From an uncultured Candidatus Rokubacteria bacterium (lineage in GTDB: Bacteria > Methylomirabilota > Methylomirabilia > Rokubacteriales > CSP1-6), in the NCBI GenBank assembly GCA_963754315.1, contig CAVWFS010000019.1, positions 64,001 to 128,000 of the forward strand: a stretch of 64,000 nucleotides of DNA. The letters run 5' to 3'. Both the position numbers and the translations under genes were made by a program. This document shows, piece after piece, positions 22,490 to 33,340 of the stretch (the first letter of the stretch is position 1; the number at the start of each line of letters is the position of its first letter). Under the pieces are notes generated by a model. That model did not search any database. It was not told where the DNA came from and saw only the letters and a program-made list of their open reading frames with translations.

Positions 22490-23494
22490 ATGCGCTGGCG
22501 GATCATGGGCGGCGCCCTCGTGGCGGTGGTCCTCGCGGCCACGGCCGTGGAAGGCTGGCGGGTGCTCACACCGACTCCGACGCTCCGCGCGGGAGCACGG
22601 GTGGTCGAGATCCCCCCCCACGCTCGCCTGCGCGACATTGCCCACCGCCTGCAGACCGAGGGCGTGATCCGGAGCGCCGTCGGCTTCATCGGGCTGAGCC
22701 TGCTGCAGGGACAGGCGCGCCGGCTCAAGGCCGGCGAGTACGAGTTCCCCCAGGGCGTCGCCACCCCAGACGTTCTGACGCAGATGGCCGCCGGTGGCGT
22801 GCGGCAGCATCTCGTACTCCACCCGGAGGGCGCAACCGTGGCCGAGCTCGCCAGGGCCCTGGGTGCCGATCGACTCGCCTCGCCGCGCGAGATCGAACGC
22901 GCCGCCAGCGATCCTGTCTTTCTCAACGCGCTCGGGCTCGAGGTGGCGAACCTGGAGGGCTATCTGTTTCCCGACACCTACCAGTTCGTGCGCGGGATGA
23001 CGGCGGAGGAGATCCTGGCCCGCATGGTCCAGCGTCTGTTCGCGAAGTTGACTCCCGAAATCCGGGAGCGCGCGCAGGTTCGGGGTATCAGCCTGCATCA
23101 GCTTCTCACCTTGGCCTCCATCGTCGAACGCGAAGCCGTGGTGAAGGACGAGCGCGCCCTGATCGCGGCCGTCTTCTGGAATCGCCTACGCCGCGAGATG
23201 CCCCTGCAAGCGGACCCGACCGTCCAGTACGCCGTGCGGAAGGAACGGGGCACCCTGACGCGAGCCGATCTCGAGACTGATCATCCATATAACACCTACC
23301 GGCGTCCCGGCCTCCCCCCAGGGCCCATCGCGAGCCCGGGAATGGCCTCCATCGAGGCTGTCCTCGAGCCGGCACCTGTATCGTTCCTCTATTTCGTGGC
23401 CGTCGACGACCAGCGTCACGAATTCTCAACGACGCTCGAGCAACACAATGCCGCCGTAGCTCGTTACCGCCAGACCCGCGCGCGGGGCGGATGA
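22490..23494 (+). CDS. mltG: Endolytic transglycosylase MltG
   Basis: LKAGEY, LEGYLFPDTY, LASIVERE, LQADPT, PYNTY, GLPPGPIASPG. Confidence 0.95.
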   Translation: MRWRIMGGALVAVVLAATAVEGWRVLTPTPTLRAGARVVEIPPHARLRDIAHRLQTEGVIRSAVGFIGLSLLQGQARRLKAGEYEFPQGVATPDVLTQMAAGGVRQHLVLHPEGATVAELARALGADRLASPREIERAASDPVFLNALGLEVANLEGYLFPDTYQFVRGMTAEEILARMVQRLFAKLTPEIRERAQVRGISLHQLLTLASIVEREAVVKDERALIAAVFWNRLRREMPLQADPTVQYAVRKERGTLTRADLETDHPYNTYRRPGLPPGPIASPGMASIEAVLEPAPVSFLYFVAVDDQRHEFSTTLEQHNAAVARYRQTRARGG

Positions 23495-23532
23495 GGCGGG
23501 GACCACTCGTTCGTGCTATAACCCGGACCACC

Positions 23533-24204
23533 ATGTCAGGCTCGAGGGTGGTTTCCACGCGCGCCGACCTTGGTGCCGCGCCCGCGCCTCCACCCGCCCT
23601 CTACCGGACGCTGTGCGCCTGGCTCCGGGGACCCGTCGCGCGGCTGTTCCGCCTGTCCGTGGAGGGCCTCGAGCACCTTCCCGCCCACACGCCCTACATC
23701 GTTGCCGCGAACCATCACAACTACCTGGACGGCGTGGTGCTTGCCCTCACCGTTCCCCAACCGATCGCGTTCATGGTGATGCCGCGCGTGTACCGCGCCA
23801 CTCCCGTGCATCCGCTCTTCCACGACCGCATCGGCTCCATTCCCCTCAGCCTCGGGGGGGCAGACGTCAGTGCGCTGCGTCGCGCGCTTGGCGTTCTGCG
23901 GGAGGGTCGCGTGGTCGGCATCTTCCCCGAGGGCCCGTTCTCCGTTCACGGCCGCCTCGAGCGAGGTCTGCCAGGCGTGGCCTTGCTCGCGTTGCGCTCT
24001 GGCGCTCTCGTCGTCCCCGCCGGCATCCATGGAACCTACGAGGCCCTCGTGGGTCGCCGTTGTTACATCCCACGCCGCCACCCGGTCCGCGTGCGGTTTG
24101 GCCCCCCACGGCGTTTCGTCACCGGACCAGACCACCGGCGCCTGACCCGGACAGAGGTCACCCAGCGGATCATGCAGGACATCGCCGGGCTTCTGGACGG
24201 CTGA
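23533..24204 (+). CDS. 1-acyl-sn-glycerol-3-phosphate acyltransferase family
   Basis: NHHNYLD, IFPEG; start may be 23491 or 23533. Confidence 0.85.
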   Translation: MSGSRVVSTRADLGAAPAPPPALYRTLCAWLRGPVARLFRLSVEGLEHLPAHTPYIVAANHHNYLDGVVLALTVPQPIAFMVMPRVYRATPVHPLFHDRIGSIPLSLGGADVSALRRALGVLREGRVVGIFPEGPFSVHGRLERGLPGVALLALRSGALVVPAGIHGTYEALVGRRCYIPRRHPVRVRFGPPRRFVTGPDHRRLTRTEVTQRIMQDIAGLLDG

Positions 24205-24211
24205 GGGATCG

Positions 24212-25582
<1,371 letters not shown>

Positions 25583-26641
25583 GTGGGAGCCGCGGTGGCC
25601 CTCGCGGTAGTACTTGGGTTGGTGGCCTGCGGGCGGGTGGGGCCACCCGTCGCCCCGCAACTTCGTGAGCCTCAGCCCGTGGCCGAACTCACGGCTGCCG
25701 AGGGCGAGGGCGTCATCGAGGTACACTGGGCCAATCCCACTCGCCGCCAGGACAACTCGCCGTTGCGCGATCTCACCGCGGTGCACGTGTACAGGACGGA
25801 GGACACGGGGTCCGGCGAGCCGAAACCCGCCCTGCGTGACCGAGGCCGGATCGCAGGGTACGATCAGATCGCCACCATTCGACTGGCCACGCCGGCGCCC
25901 GCCATCGTCGAGGGCCCGCGCATGTCTTTTCCCGATCGAGGAGGCCTCACCTACGGACGTCGCTATACCTACGTGATCCTTGCCGAGGACGCGCAAGGTC
26001 GAGTCAGTCCGCCTTCCCTCCGGTTGTCCGTTGCCTACATTGCCCCGCCCACGCCCCCTCTCGACTTTTCCGCCACCTCGGGCGAGGGCGAGGTCCAACT
26101 CCGCTGGCAGCCTCCGTCTCGCCTCGTCGACGGCAGCCCCGCACGGGGGGAGATCACCTATGAGGTCCTGCGTGCGTCCGGTTCGGAGGCGGCCTTGGAG
26201 GTCGTTACCGCGGCGCCCGTCGTGGAGACACGCTTCACCGATCGGGGACTCGTAAACGACCAGACGTATAGCTATGCCGTGCGCGCACTGCGCGCGGAGG
26301 CCGGAGGCCAGGCGCGTAGCGCGGCAACCCCTCGCTTGACCGTCACTCCCCTTGACACGACACCCCCCGGGGCCCCGCAACACCTGGTCGCGGTGGTGGT
26401 CGGAGGCGACGTCCGTTTAGCGTGGGCCCCGGGAGACACCGACGTGGCTCGCTACGTCGTCTACCGCGCGGACGCGAGGGGCACCTTCACTCGCGTCGGC
26501 TCGACCGCGCCTCCCAGCACGACCTACGTCGACCGCGGGGTAGCCGCTGGCGCCTACCGCTATGTCGTCACCGCGCAGGACGCGAGCTCAAGCGCCAACG
26601 AGAGCGCGCGATCGAACGAGGTAGGCGCCACCGTACCTTGA
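25583..26641 (+). CDS. Lipoprotein with three fibronectin type III-like domains and an LptM/LppL-like N-terminus
   Basis: Lipobox LVAC-GRVGPP; three W...Y.VYR...D...Y.Y.V.A FN3 patterns. Confidence 0.75.
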   Translation: MGAAVALAVVLGLVACGRVGPPVAPQLREPQPVAELTAAEGEGVIEVHWANPTRRQDNSPLRDLTAVHVYRTEDTGSGEPKPALRDRGRIAGYDQIATIRLATPAPAIVEGPRMSFPDRGGLTYGRRYTYVILAEDAQGRVSPPSLRLSVAYIAPPTPPLDFSATSGEGEVQLRWQPPSRLVDGSPARGEITYEVLRASGSEAALEVVTAAPVVETRFTDRGLVNDQTYSYAVRALRAEAGGQARSAATPRLTVTPLDTTPPGAPQHLVAVVVGGDVRLAWAPGDTDVARYVVYRADARGTFTRVGSTAPPSTTYVDRGVAAGAYRYVVTAQDASSSANESARSNEVGATVP

Positions 26642-26677
26642 CTTCCCTAGGGTCAGAATGCCAGACTTTGCGCGTAC

Positions 26678-27931
26678 ATGAACCATTTCGCTTACCGGAA
26701 CGGAGAGCTCGCGTGCGAGGGCGTGTCCCTACGGACACTGGCTGACACGGTGGGCACTCCTGCCTATGTGTACTCCCGCGCCGCGCTCCTCGATAGTTAT
26801 CACGCGTACGATCGGGCCTTCGCTGAAATCCCGCACATCATCTGCTACGCGGTCAAGGCCAATTCCAATCTCGGCGTCATCTCCACGTTGGCGCGGGCCG
26901 GGGCCGGGGCCGATATCGTGTCTGGGGGTGAACTGTACCGTGCCCTCCGGGCCGGTGTCCCACCGAGGAAAATCATCTTCTCCGGAGTCGGCAAGACACG
27001 CGACGAAATGCGGGAGGCGCTGAAGGCGGAGATCCTGATGTTTAACGTGGAGTCGGTGAGCGAGTTGCGCGCGCTGGACGAGGTCGCTCGGGCCATGGGT
27101 GTTCGGGCTCCCATCGCCCTCCGGGTCAATCCCGATGTCGATCCGGAGACGCACCCGTACATCGCCACCGGTCTCAAGAGCGCGAAGTTCGGCATCCCCA
27201 TCGCGGAGGCTCACCGAGCGTACGAAGTCGCCCAGGCGCTGCCGGGACTCGAGGTCCTCGGGGTCCAGATGCACATCGGTTCCCAGCTCACCAAGACGTC
27301 GCCCTTCGCGGACGCCGTGGCCCGTGTCGTGTCGCTCGCCAAGCACCTGCGCGAGAGCGGCATCGCGGTCACGCTCGTCGACATCGGCGGCGGCCTGGGT
27401 ATTCGTTACCGCGACGAGACGGTTCCCACCCACGTCGAGTACGCTCAGACCCTGGTCACGATGCTGCGGGAACTGGGTGGCGTGACAGTGCTGCTGGAGC
27501 CAGGTCGTTCGATCGTCGGTAACGCCGGCCTCCTGCTCACCCGGGTGCTCTACCGCAAGGAGGCCTCCGCAAAGACGTTCGTGGTGATCGACGCCGCCAT
27601 GAACGACCTGATCCGGCCGGCCTTCTACGATGCCTATCATGACATCCGACCGGTGCGCGAAGAGCGGGCCACGGCTGCCATGGAAACGGTAGATGTCGTC
27701 GGGCCCATCTGCGAATCGGGTGACTTCCTGGCCAAGAACCGAACGCTGCCGCGCGCCGAGGAGGGGGATCTCCTCGGCGTCATGAGCGCGGGCGCCTACG
27801 GGTTCGCCATGGCGTCGAACTACAACACGCGACCCCGCGCGGTGGAGGTCCTCGTGCAGGGCGAGCACTACACGATCGTTCGCCGCCGGGAGACGTACGA
27901 GGACCTGGTGGCGGGGGAGGCGACGGTATGA
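26678..27931 (+). CDS. lysA: Diaminopimelate decarboxylase
   Basis: YAVKANS, SGGEL, HIGSQ, EPGRS, GPICESGD, GAYG, SNYN. Confidence 0.97.
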   Translation: MNHFAYRNGELACEGVSLRTLADTVGTPAYVYSRAALLDSYHAYDRAFAEIPHIICYAVKANSNLGVISTLARAGAGADIVSGGELYRALRAGVPPRKIIFSGVGKTRDEMREALKAEILMFNVESVSELRALDEVARAMGVRAPIALRVNPDVDPETHPYIATGLKSAKFGIPIAEAHRAYEVAQALPGLEVLGVQMHIGSQLTKTSPFADAVARVVSLAKHLRESGIAVTLVDIGGGLGIRYRDETVPTHVEYAQTLVTMLRELGGVTVLLEPGRSIVGNAGLLLTRVLYRKEASAKTFVVIDAAMNDLIRPAFYDAYHDIRPVREERATAAMETVDVVGPICESGDFLAKNRTLPRAEEGDLLGVMSAGAYGFAMASNYNTRPRAVEVLVQGEHYTIVRRRETYEDLVAGEATV

Positions 27932-28813
27932 CGCCATTTCAGGGCTCCTTCGTGGCACTGGTCACCCCGTTCCGCGGCGGCAAAGTCGACGAAGCGAAGC
28001 TCCGGGAGCTCGTGGAGTTCCATGCGACGCACGGGACGGACGGCCTCATTCCTTGTGGTACCACCGGCGAGTCGCCGACCTTGAGCCACGACGAGCACAA
28101 GCGCGTGGTGGAGATCGTGGTGGAGGCGGCGCGCCACCGACTTCCCGTGGTCGCCGGTACCGGCTCCAACTCCACGGCGGAAGCCCTCGACCTCACCCGC
28201 CACGCGGAACGGGCCGGAGCGAACGGGGCGCTTGTCGTCAACCCCTACTACAACAAGCCAACCCAGCAGGGTCTCTACGAGCACTTCCGGGCGGTGGCTG
28301 AGTCGGTCAGCCTCCCCATTCTCGTTTACAACATCCAGGGCCGGACGGCCATCAACGTGGAGACAGACACCCTGGCGCGACTCGTCCGCGACTGCAAGAA
28401 CATCGTGGGGGTCAAGGAAGCCTCCGGCTCGCTCGACCAGATGAGCCAAGTGATCCTGGCCTGTGGCCCCGAGTTCTCTGTGCTGTCCGGCGACGACAAC
28501 ATTACGCTGCCTCTCCTCGCTATCGGTGGGCGGGGGGTCATCTCCGTCATCGCCAACATCCTGCCTCGCGAGACTTCGGAGATGGTGCACGCCGCTCTCG
28601 ATGGCGACTGGAAGCGGGCCCGTGAGCTACATTACCGGCTGTTTCCTCTGGCGCGGGCTGCCTTCCTCGAGACCAATCCCATTCCCATCAAGGAGGCGAT
28701 GGCCATGGCGGGCATGCTCGAGCCCGAGTTCCGGCTCCCCATGTGCAGGATGGGTGAGGCCAACCGGGAGAAGCTGCGGAGCGTGCTGACGACCGTACGG
28801 CCTCGCAACGTAA
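27928..28813 (+). CDS. dapA: 4-hydroxy-tetrahydrodipicolinate synthase (apparent +1 indel near the 3' end)
   Basis: CGTTGESPTL, PYYNKP, GVKEAS, SGDD, ETNPIP; the expected end (...YGLAT, TAA at 28811-28813) lies in a shifted frame after about 28790. Confidence 0.93.
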
Positions 28814-28825
28814 CCGTCCACGGCC

Positions 28826-29629
28826 ATGACCGATGTTGTGGTCGGGGGCGCCGCCGGTCGCATGGGATCCCGCCTCGTGGCGTGCCTGGTTGAGGCACCG
28901 GAGTTTCGGCTAGCAGCGGCGCTGGAAGCGGTCGGTCATGCGGCGGTCGGCCGCGACGCCGGTGATGTGGCGGGGGTGGGTTCGAGAGGTGTGCTCATCG
29001 GAACCGACCCCGCCTCGGCCATCCGCACCGAGCGACTGCTCATCGAGTTCTCCATCCCTGAAGCAAGCCTCGAGCATCTGCGCTTGGTGGCAAGGGTAGG
29101 CGGGCGAGCCGTGATCGGCACGACCGGATTCTCGCCCTCTCATCGCGAGGAGATCGCGGCGCTCGCTCGGAACGCAGCCATCTTTGTTGCCCCCAACATG
29201 TCGATCGCTGTCAATCTGGCCTACTCGGTGCTCGCGACCATGGCCAAGGTTCTAGGAAGCGACTACGACATCGAGATCGTCGAGACACATCATCGGTTCA
29301 AGAAGGACGCACCGAGCGGCACCGCCTTGCGCATGGCCGAGGTGATCGCAGGCGCCCTCGGACGCGACCTCGCCACCGTGGCCGTGTACGGACGGCAGGG
29401 CCATCCCGGTGAGCGGGCGCGAGATGAGATCGGCATCATGTCCCTTCGCTCGGGCGACGTCGTGGGCGATCACACGGTGTCCTTCGGCACCCTGGGCGAG
29501 CGAATCGAGCTTACGCATCACGCGCACAGCCGCGATACCTTCGCCCGTGGTGCCCTGCGGGCGGCCAGATGGCTCACCGGAAAACCGCCCGGCCTGTACT
29601 CGATGCAGGACGTTCTGGGTTTGCCCTAA
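28826..29629 (+). CDS. dapB: 4-hydroxy-tetrahydrodipicolinate reductase
   Basis: GAAGRMG, IGTTG, ETHHRFKKDAPSGTA, FARGAL. Confidence 0.96.
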   Translation: MTDVVVGGAAGRMGSRLVACLVEAPEFRLAAALEAVGHAAVGRDAGDVAGVGSRGVLIGTDPASAIRTERLLIEFSIPEASLEHLRLVARVGGRAVIGTTGFSPSHREEIAALARNAAIFVAPNMSIAVNLAYSVLATMAKVLGSDYDIEIVETHHRFKKDAPSGTALRMAEVIAGALGRDLATVAVYGRQGHPGERARDEIGIMSLRSGDVVGDHTVSFGTLGERIELTHHAHSRDTFARGALRAARWLTGKPPGLYSMQDVLGLP

Positions 29630-29660
29630 GCGGTTGGGGTGGTTCTGCGCGCGCGTGTCG

Positions 29661-30017
29661 ATGGACCGGCTCCTTCTCGAAGACGTCCGCTTCTACGGAC
29701 ATCACGGCGTCACCAAGGCCGAGCAGACGACGGGCGTGTGGTTCTCGGTAGACGTCGAGCTCGAGCTAGACCTCGCTCCCGCCGCCCTGTCCGACGATCT
29801 GGCCAGCACTGTGGATTACGGTCGGGTGGCCCGGCGCATCGTGGAGTTAGGTTCAACGGGGCGCGTCAACTTGCTCGAGCGGCTCGCTGGTCTCATGGCC
29901 GAGGCGCTCCTGCGGGAATATCCGGCCCATCAAGTCCGGGTGCGCGTGCGCAAACTCACAGCGCCCCTCGGCGGCATTCATGGGACCCCGGGCGTGGAAC
30001 TGGTGCGAACGCGATGA
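29661..30017 (+). CDS. folB: Dihydroneopterin aldolase
   Basis: FYGHHGV, SDDLASTVDY, NLLERLA, VRVRK. Confidence 0.93.
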   Translation: MDRLLLEDVRFYGHHGVTKAEQTTGVWFSVDVELELDLAPAALSDDLASTVDYGRVARRIVELGSTGRVNLLERLAGLMAEALLREYPAHQVRVRVRKLTAPLGGIHGTPGVELVRTR

Positions 30018-30063
30018 TGCCTCCCCTCCCACGTAGGTGGCGCCGGGGCTCGGACTAGTCGCC

Positions 30064-30617
30064 ATGTCGCGAGTGTTCCTCGGATTGGGCTCCAATGCCG
30101 GCGAGCGGCGGCTGGAGTTTCTGCGGGCGGCGTATCGTCAGCTCGCCATGACACAGGGCGTCCGCATCATGGACGCCTCACCGCTCTACGAGACCGAGCC
30201 CTGGGAGAGCGAGCCGGGGACGGGAGCGACCAGCAGCGGTGGCATCTCAACTGCGTGGTCGCCGTCGAGACAACGCTCTCCCCGTCCGACCTTCTCCGGC
30301 AGATGCAGGCGCTGGAGACCGCCCTCGGGCGCCAGCGGCCTCCCGGTACGCCGGAGGAGCAGCGTGCCGCCTACCGCACGATGGACATCGACATCCTGCT
30401 GTACGAGGACCGGGTCATGAGCGTGCCGGACGAGCTGCATCTACCGCATCTGCTTTTGCACGAGCGCGCCTTCGTCCTCCGCCCGCTCGCTGACCTGGCG
30501 CCCGACCTCGAGCACCCCGTTCTCTACCAAACAATTCGCGAGCTTCTGGAGGCGCTGTCCGACGAGCACCAGGTTCGGGTCGCTGCCCTTCCGCGCCGGT
30601 GGTACGAGACGGGCTGA
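30064..30617 (+). CDS. folK: 2-amino-4-hydroxy-6-hydroxymethyldihydropteridine diphosphokinase, frameshifted near 30225
   Basis: LGLGSN and YETEPW in one frame; LNCVV, RTMDIDIL, LPH, RAFVLRPL in another. Confidence 0.88.
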
Positions 30618-30620
30618 CGG

Positions 30621-31133
30621 GTGGCCTCGCCCGAATTCCAGCGTGACACCCTAGAACACCTCAACGCCCTCTACAATTTCGCCATGTATCTCACGCACAA
30701 TCCCTCGGAAGCAGAGGATCTGGTCCAGGAGACGTACCTGCGCGCGTTCCGCTTCTCTCACCGGTTCGAACCGGGAACCCATCTGCGGGCTTGGCTGTTT
30801 CAGATCTTGAGGAACACGTTCCTCACCTTCTACCGGTTGCGCGAGCGGGAAACGGCGGTGGCTGAAGACGGCGTTCCGGACTGGGAGGTTCCGATGTTCC
30901 ATGACGCGCCGGAGGACACCGGGCGCGCTCTGGAGGCCCATACGGACCTCGAGCGCGCCATGAGGCGCCTGCCCGAGGAGTTCCGGACCGTGCTTCTGCT
31001 CGCGGAAGTGGAGGGCATGCCCTTGGAGGAAGTGGCGCGTGTGATGAGTTGCCCGGTGGGGACCGTCAAGTCGAGGATCTTCCGGGCAAAGGAGCGGCTG
31101 CGCGGACTGCTTCCGGACTACCGAACTCGATGA
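30621..31133 (+). CDS. ECF sigma factor
   Basis: AEDLVQETYLRA, AWLFQILRN, CPVGTVKSRIFRA. Confidence 0.95.
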   Translation: MASPEFQRDTLEHLNALYNFAMYLTHNPSEAEDLVQETYLRAFRFSHRFEPGTHLRAWLFQILRNTFLTFYRLRERETAVAEDGVPDWEVPMFHDAPEDTGRALEAHTDLERAMRRLPEEFRTVLLLAEVEGMPLEEVARVMSCPVGTVKSRIFRAKERLRGLLPDYRTR

Positions 31134-31825
31134 GCGAGTTGCACGATCTCTCCGACGAGGCGCTCAGTCACCAGCTGCAGACTGAGCTGCCACGGTATGC
31201 TGCGCCCGCCCATGTGCGCGCAGCCATTCTGGCCGCCGCCGCTCGGCCCCGCCGCGCCGCGTGGCTGGCCCCCTCCCTGGCCGCCCTCGGTACGGCAGCG
31301 CTGGTCCTGCTCTTCTTGCTTCCCATGCTCGCCGCCAGCAACCGCTCCGAACCCGTCCAGCAGCTCGTACGGGCGGTGGTCAGCGAGCACAGCCGTGCCG
31401 TGATGTGGGGTACCCGGACCTCGACGTTCCTCCCGGCGGCCTCCTCCTGGCTCACCCAAGAGTCGGGCATCGCACTGGCGCGTGTCTTCGCAGGGGACGA
31501 TGCGCTCTCGCTCATCGGTGCCGAGCCCGTGTACCTCATGCGGGAACGCGGGGTGGCCCTGCACTACCGTGATCAGGCAGATCGCTTCCTGACCTACGTG
31601 GCCCTCCCGGCTCCGACCCTCCAACTCCCCGAGCGCTATCGGGTGGCGGTGGCCAGCTGGCGGCCCGTACTCGTTCAAGACGGTGGCTTCGCGGTGTGGG
31701 TGTGGAAGCATGGCGACCTCGTGTGCTTCCTCGTCTCCGACATGGCAGGCGGGAACGACCTCGACCGCTTCAAGGACTACTTCGTCCGCGTGCGTACCGC
31801 CACCGAGCCCTTGCTAGCGTATTGA
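31130..31825 (+). CDS. Putative transmembrane anti-sigma factor
   Basis: ATGA overlap with the ECF sigma gene, single TM, extracytoplasmic domain. Confidence 0.75.
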   Translation: MSELHDLSDEALSHQLQTELPRYAAPAHVRAAILAAAARPRRAAWLAPSLAALGTAALVLLFLLPMLAASNRSEPVQQLVRAVVSEHSRAVMWGTRTSTFLPAASSWLTQESGIALARVFAGDDALSLIGAEPVYLMRERGVALHYRDQADRFLTYVALPAPTLQLPERYRVAVASWRPVLVQDGGFAVWVWKHGDLVCFLVSDMAGGNDLDRFKDYFVRVRTATEPLLAY

Positions 31826-31861
31826 GATCAATGATCTCTCCTGCTCCCGTCGGTATGCGAG

Positions 31862-33208
31862 TCAGGACGTACCCACCCGCCTCCCAGCCAGGAATGCCGA
31901 CTGCGCCCTCATCACGCCGACCAGCCTGACCGCGACCACCCAGCCTGCCAGCTCGAGCGCTCTCCACGCGGTGGCCGCGTTGACTCGGTCTGCGTACCCG
32001 GCGTAGAAGTCCAGGTAGCGATCAATTGGCTCCATGGGCACCGTGAGAACGTAGAGGCGGTTGAAGACGGCGACGGCGATCAGGGTGAGACCGATCTCGA
32101 TTGGCGAGGCGCCCTGGCGAAGGACGGCAGCCAGCACGATCGTCTGCACGGGGACGAAGTAGGCGACGAAGCGCGCGATGTCGCTGCCCCCGTAGAGGGT
32201 GAGGGCAAAGGTGAGCGCCGCCGTGATGACCACGATCCTCCGCGTCCCGCCCAAACCCGTCCAGGCGCGGCGCAGACGTCCCCTTCCACCGAGGGCGAGC
32301 AAGGGAAGGAAATAGCTCGCGACGCAGAACACGATGTTGACATCCCGCCGGACGGAGAGCGGCTCCGTCAGGAGAGTCCAGACGAGATCCGCGCGGAAGG
32401 GGTCGGTGATTGCCACGTTTTGGCGCACCGGAATGAGAACGCGCGGGAGGGCGACCGCCACCACCGCCAGCGCCATGGGCAGCGCCACCGAGCCCAGGCG
32501 ATGCCTTACGGGACCTCGACGGCAAACCAAAGCGTCGAGGGCAGCTCCGAGCGGCGCCAGCAAGAACTCCCTGACAAGAAGTCCGCCCGCCGCCAGGAGC
32601 GCGGCCGGACCTGGGCGACCGGACAGCACCAGACAGATCGAAGCGAGCACCAGCGGGAAGGCGAGCGCGTCGGGCCGGTAGGGATCGAAAAGGAGAAAGC
32701 GGACGTTGAAGAGCGACAACCCGGCCACAGCCATGACCACGAAGGCCGCCCGCGTCGACGCTGCCACCAGGCGGGCCAGTGCAAACACGAAGACGAGCTC
32801 CGCGACGATGCCGGTGTAGGTGACGATCCGGAATCCGTCGTCGATCGACAGCGGCAGCCATCGGGCCAACCTTCGAGCAAGGAGTGGCGTGACGAAGCGG
32901 TAGGCGAATGGCGCCACCAGTCCTTCGTTCCCGCGAACCCCACGCTCCGCCATGTCCAGGTATATCGCGGAGTCCCAGCGGTAGGTTCGCGCGTCGAAGG
33001 CCGGCGTCATGAGATCGAGGAACACCGTCCACAGAAGCGCCACGACCACGACCAGCCCCGACCGCGCGAAGGGTCGATGGAGAAGTCCGGGCAGGGTCTG
33101 CGCCCCGGATGGTGATCGTGTGTTCTCCGTCGGACCCAAGGTTTCCACAGCCGCCACCTCCCAGGCAGAGCAGACAGGGACGGACGTCTTCGACGCGCTC
33201 CCGAGCAT
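31862..33208 (-). CDS. Multi-pass membrane protein, possibly GT-C-like; start uncertain
   Basis: Many TM segments; WDSAIYLDMAE, APFAYR, PYRPD loop motifs. Confidence 0.6.
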   Translation of the reverse strand: MLGSASKTSVPVCSAWEVAAVETLGPTENTRSPSGAQTLPGLLHRPFARSGLVVVVALLWTVFLDLMTPAFDARTYRWDSAIYLDMAERGVRGNEGLVAPFAYRFVTPLLARRLARWLPLSIDDGFRIVTYTGIVAELVFVFALARLVAASTRAAFVVMAVAGLSLFNVRFLLFDPYRPDALAFPLVLASICLVLSGRPGPAALLAAGGLLVREFLLAPLGAALDALVCRRGPVRHRLGSVALPMALAVVAVALPRVLIPVRQNVAITDPFRADLVWTLLTEPLSVRRDVNIVFCVASYFLPLLALGGRGRLRRAWTGLGGTRRIVVITAALTFALTLYGGSDIARFVAYFVPVQTIVLAAVLRQGASPIEIGLTLIAVAVFNRLYVLTVPMEPIDRYLDFYAGYADRVNAATAWRALELAGWVVAVRLVGVMRAQSAFLAGRRVGTS

Positions 33209-33340
33209 CCCGGTGCTAGACTACGCGCGCGAGGGAGGGTGGACATGAATGAGGGCGGAAGAGAGTCCGTCGCCTTCTCGACCACACCCCTGCACGTGCG
33301 GACGAGGAATCTTCTCATCAATCACTGCGCTCGGCTAGGA

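Noticed and set aside
22396..22926. 177-aa N-terminal extension of RpoA in the ORF track
   Set aside because: It is antisense to mltG; the alpha domain begins at ATG 22395 with an RBS.
28814..28893. C-terminal extension of DapA overlapping dapB
   Set aside because: Explained by a single extra base near 28790.
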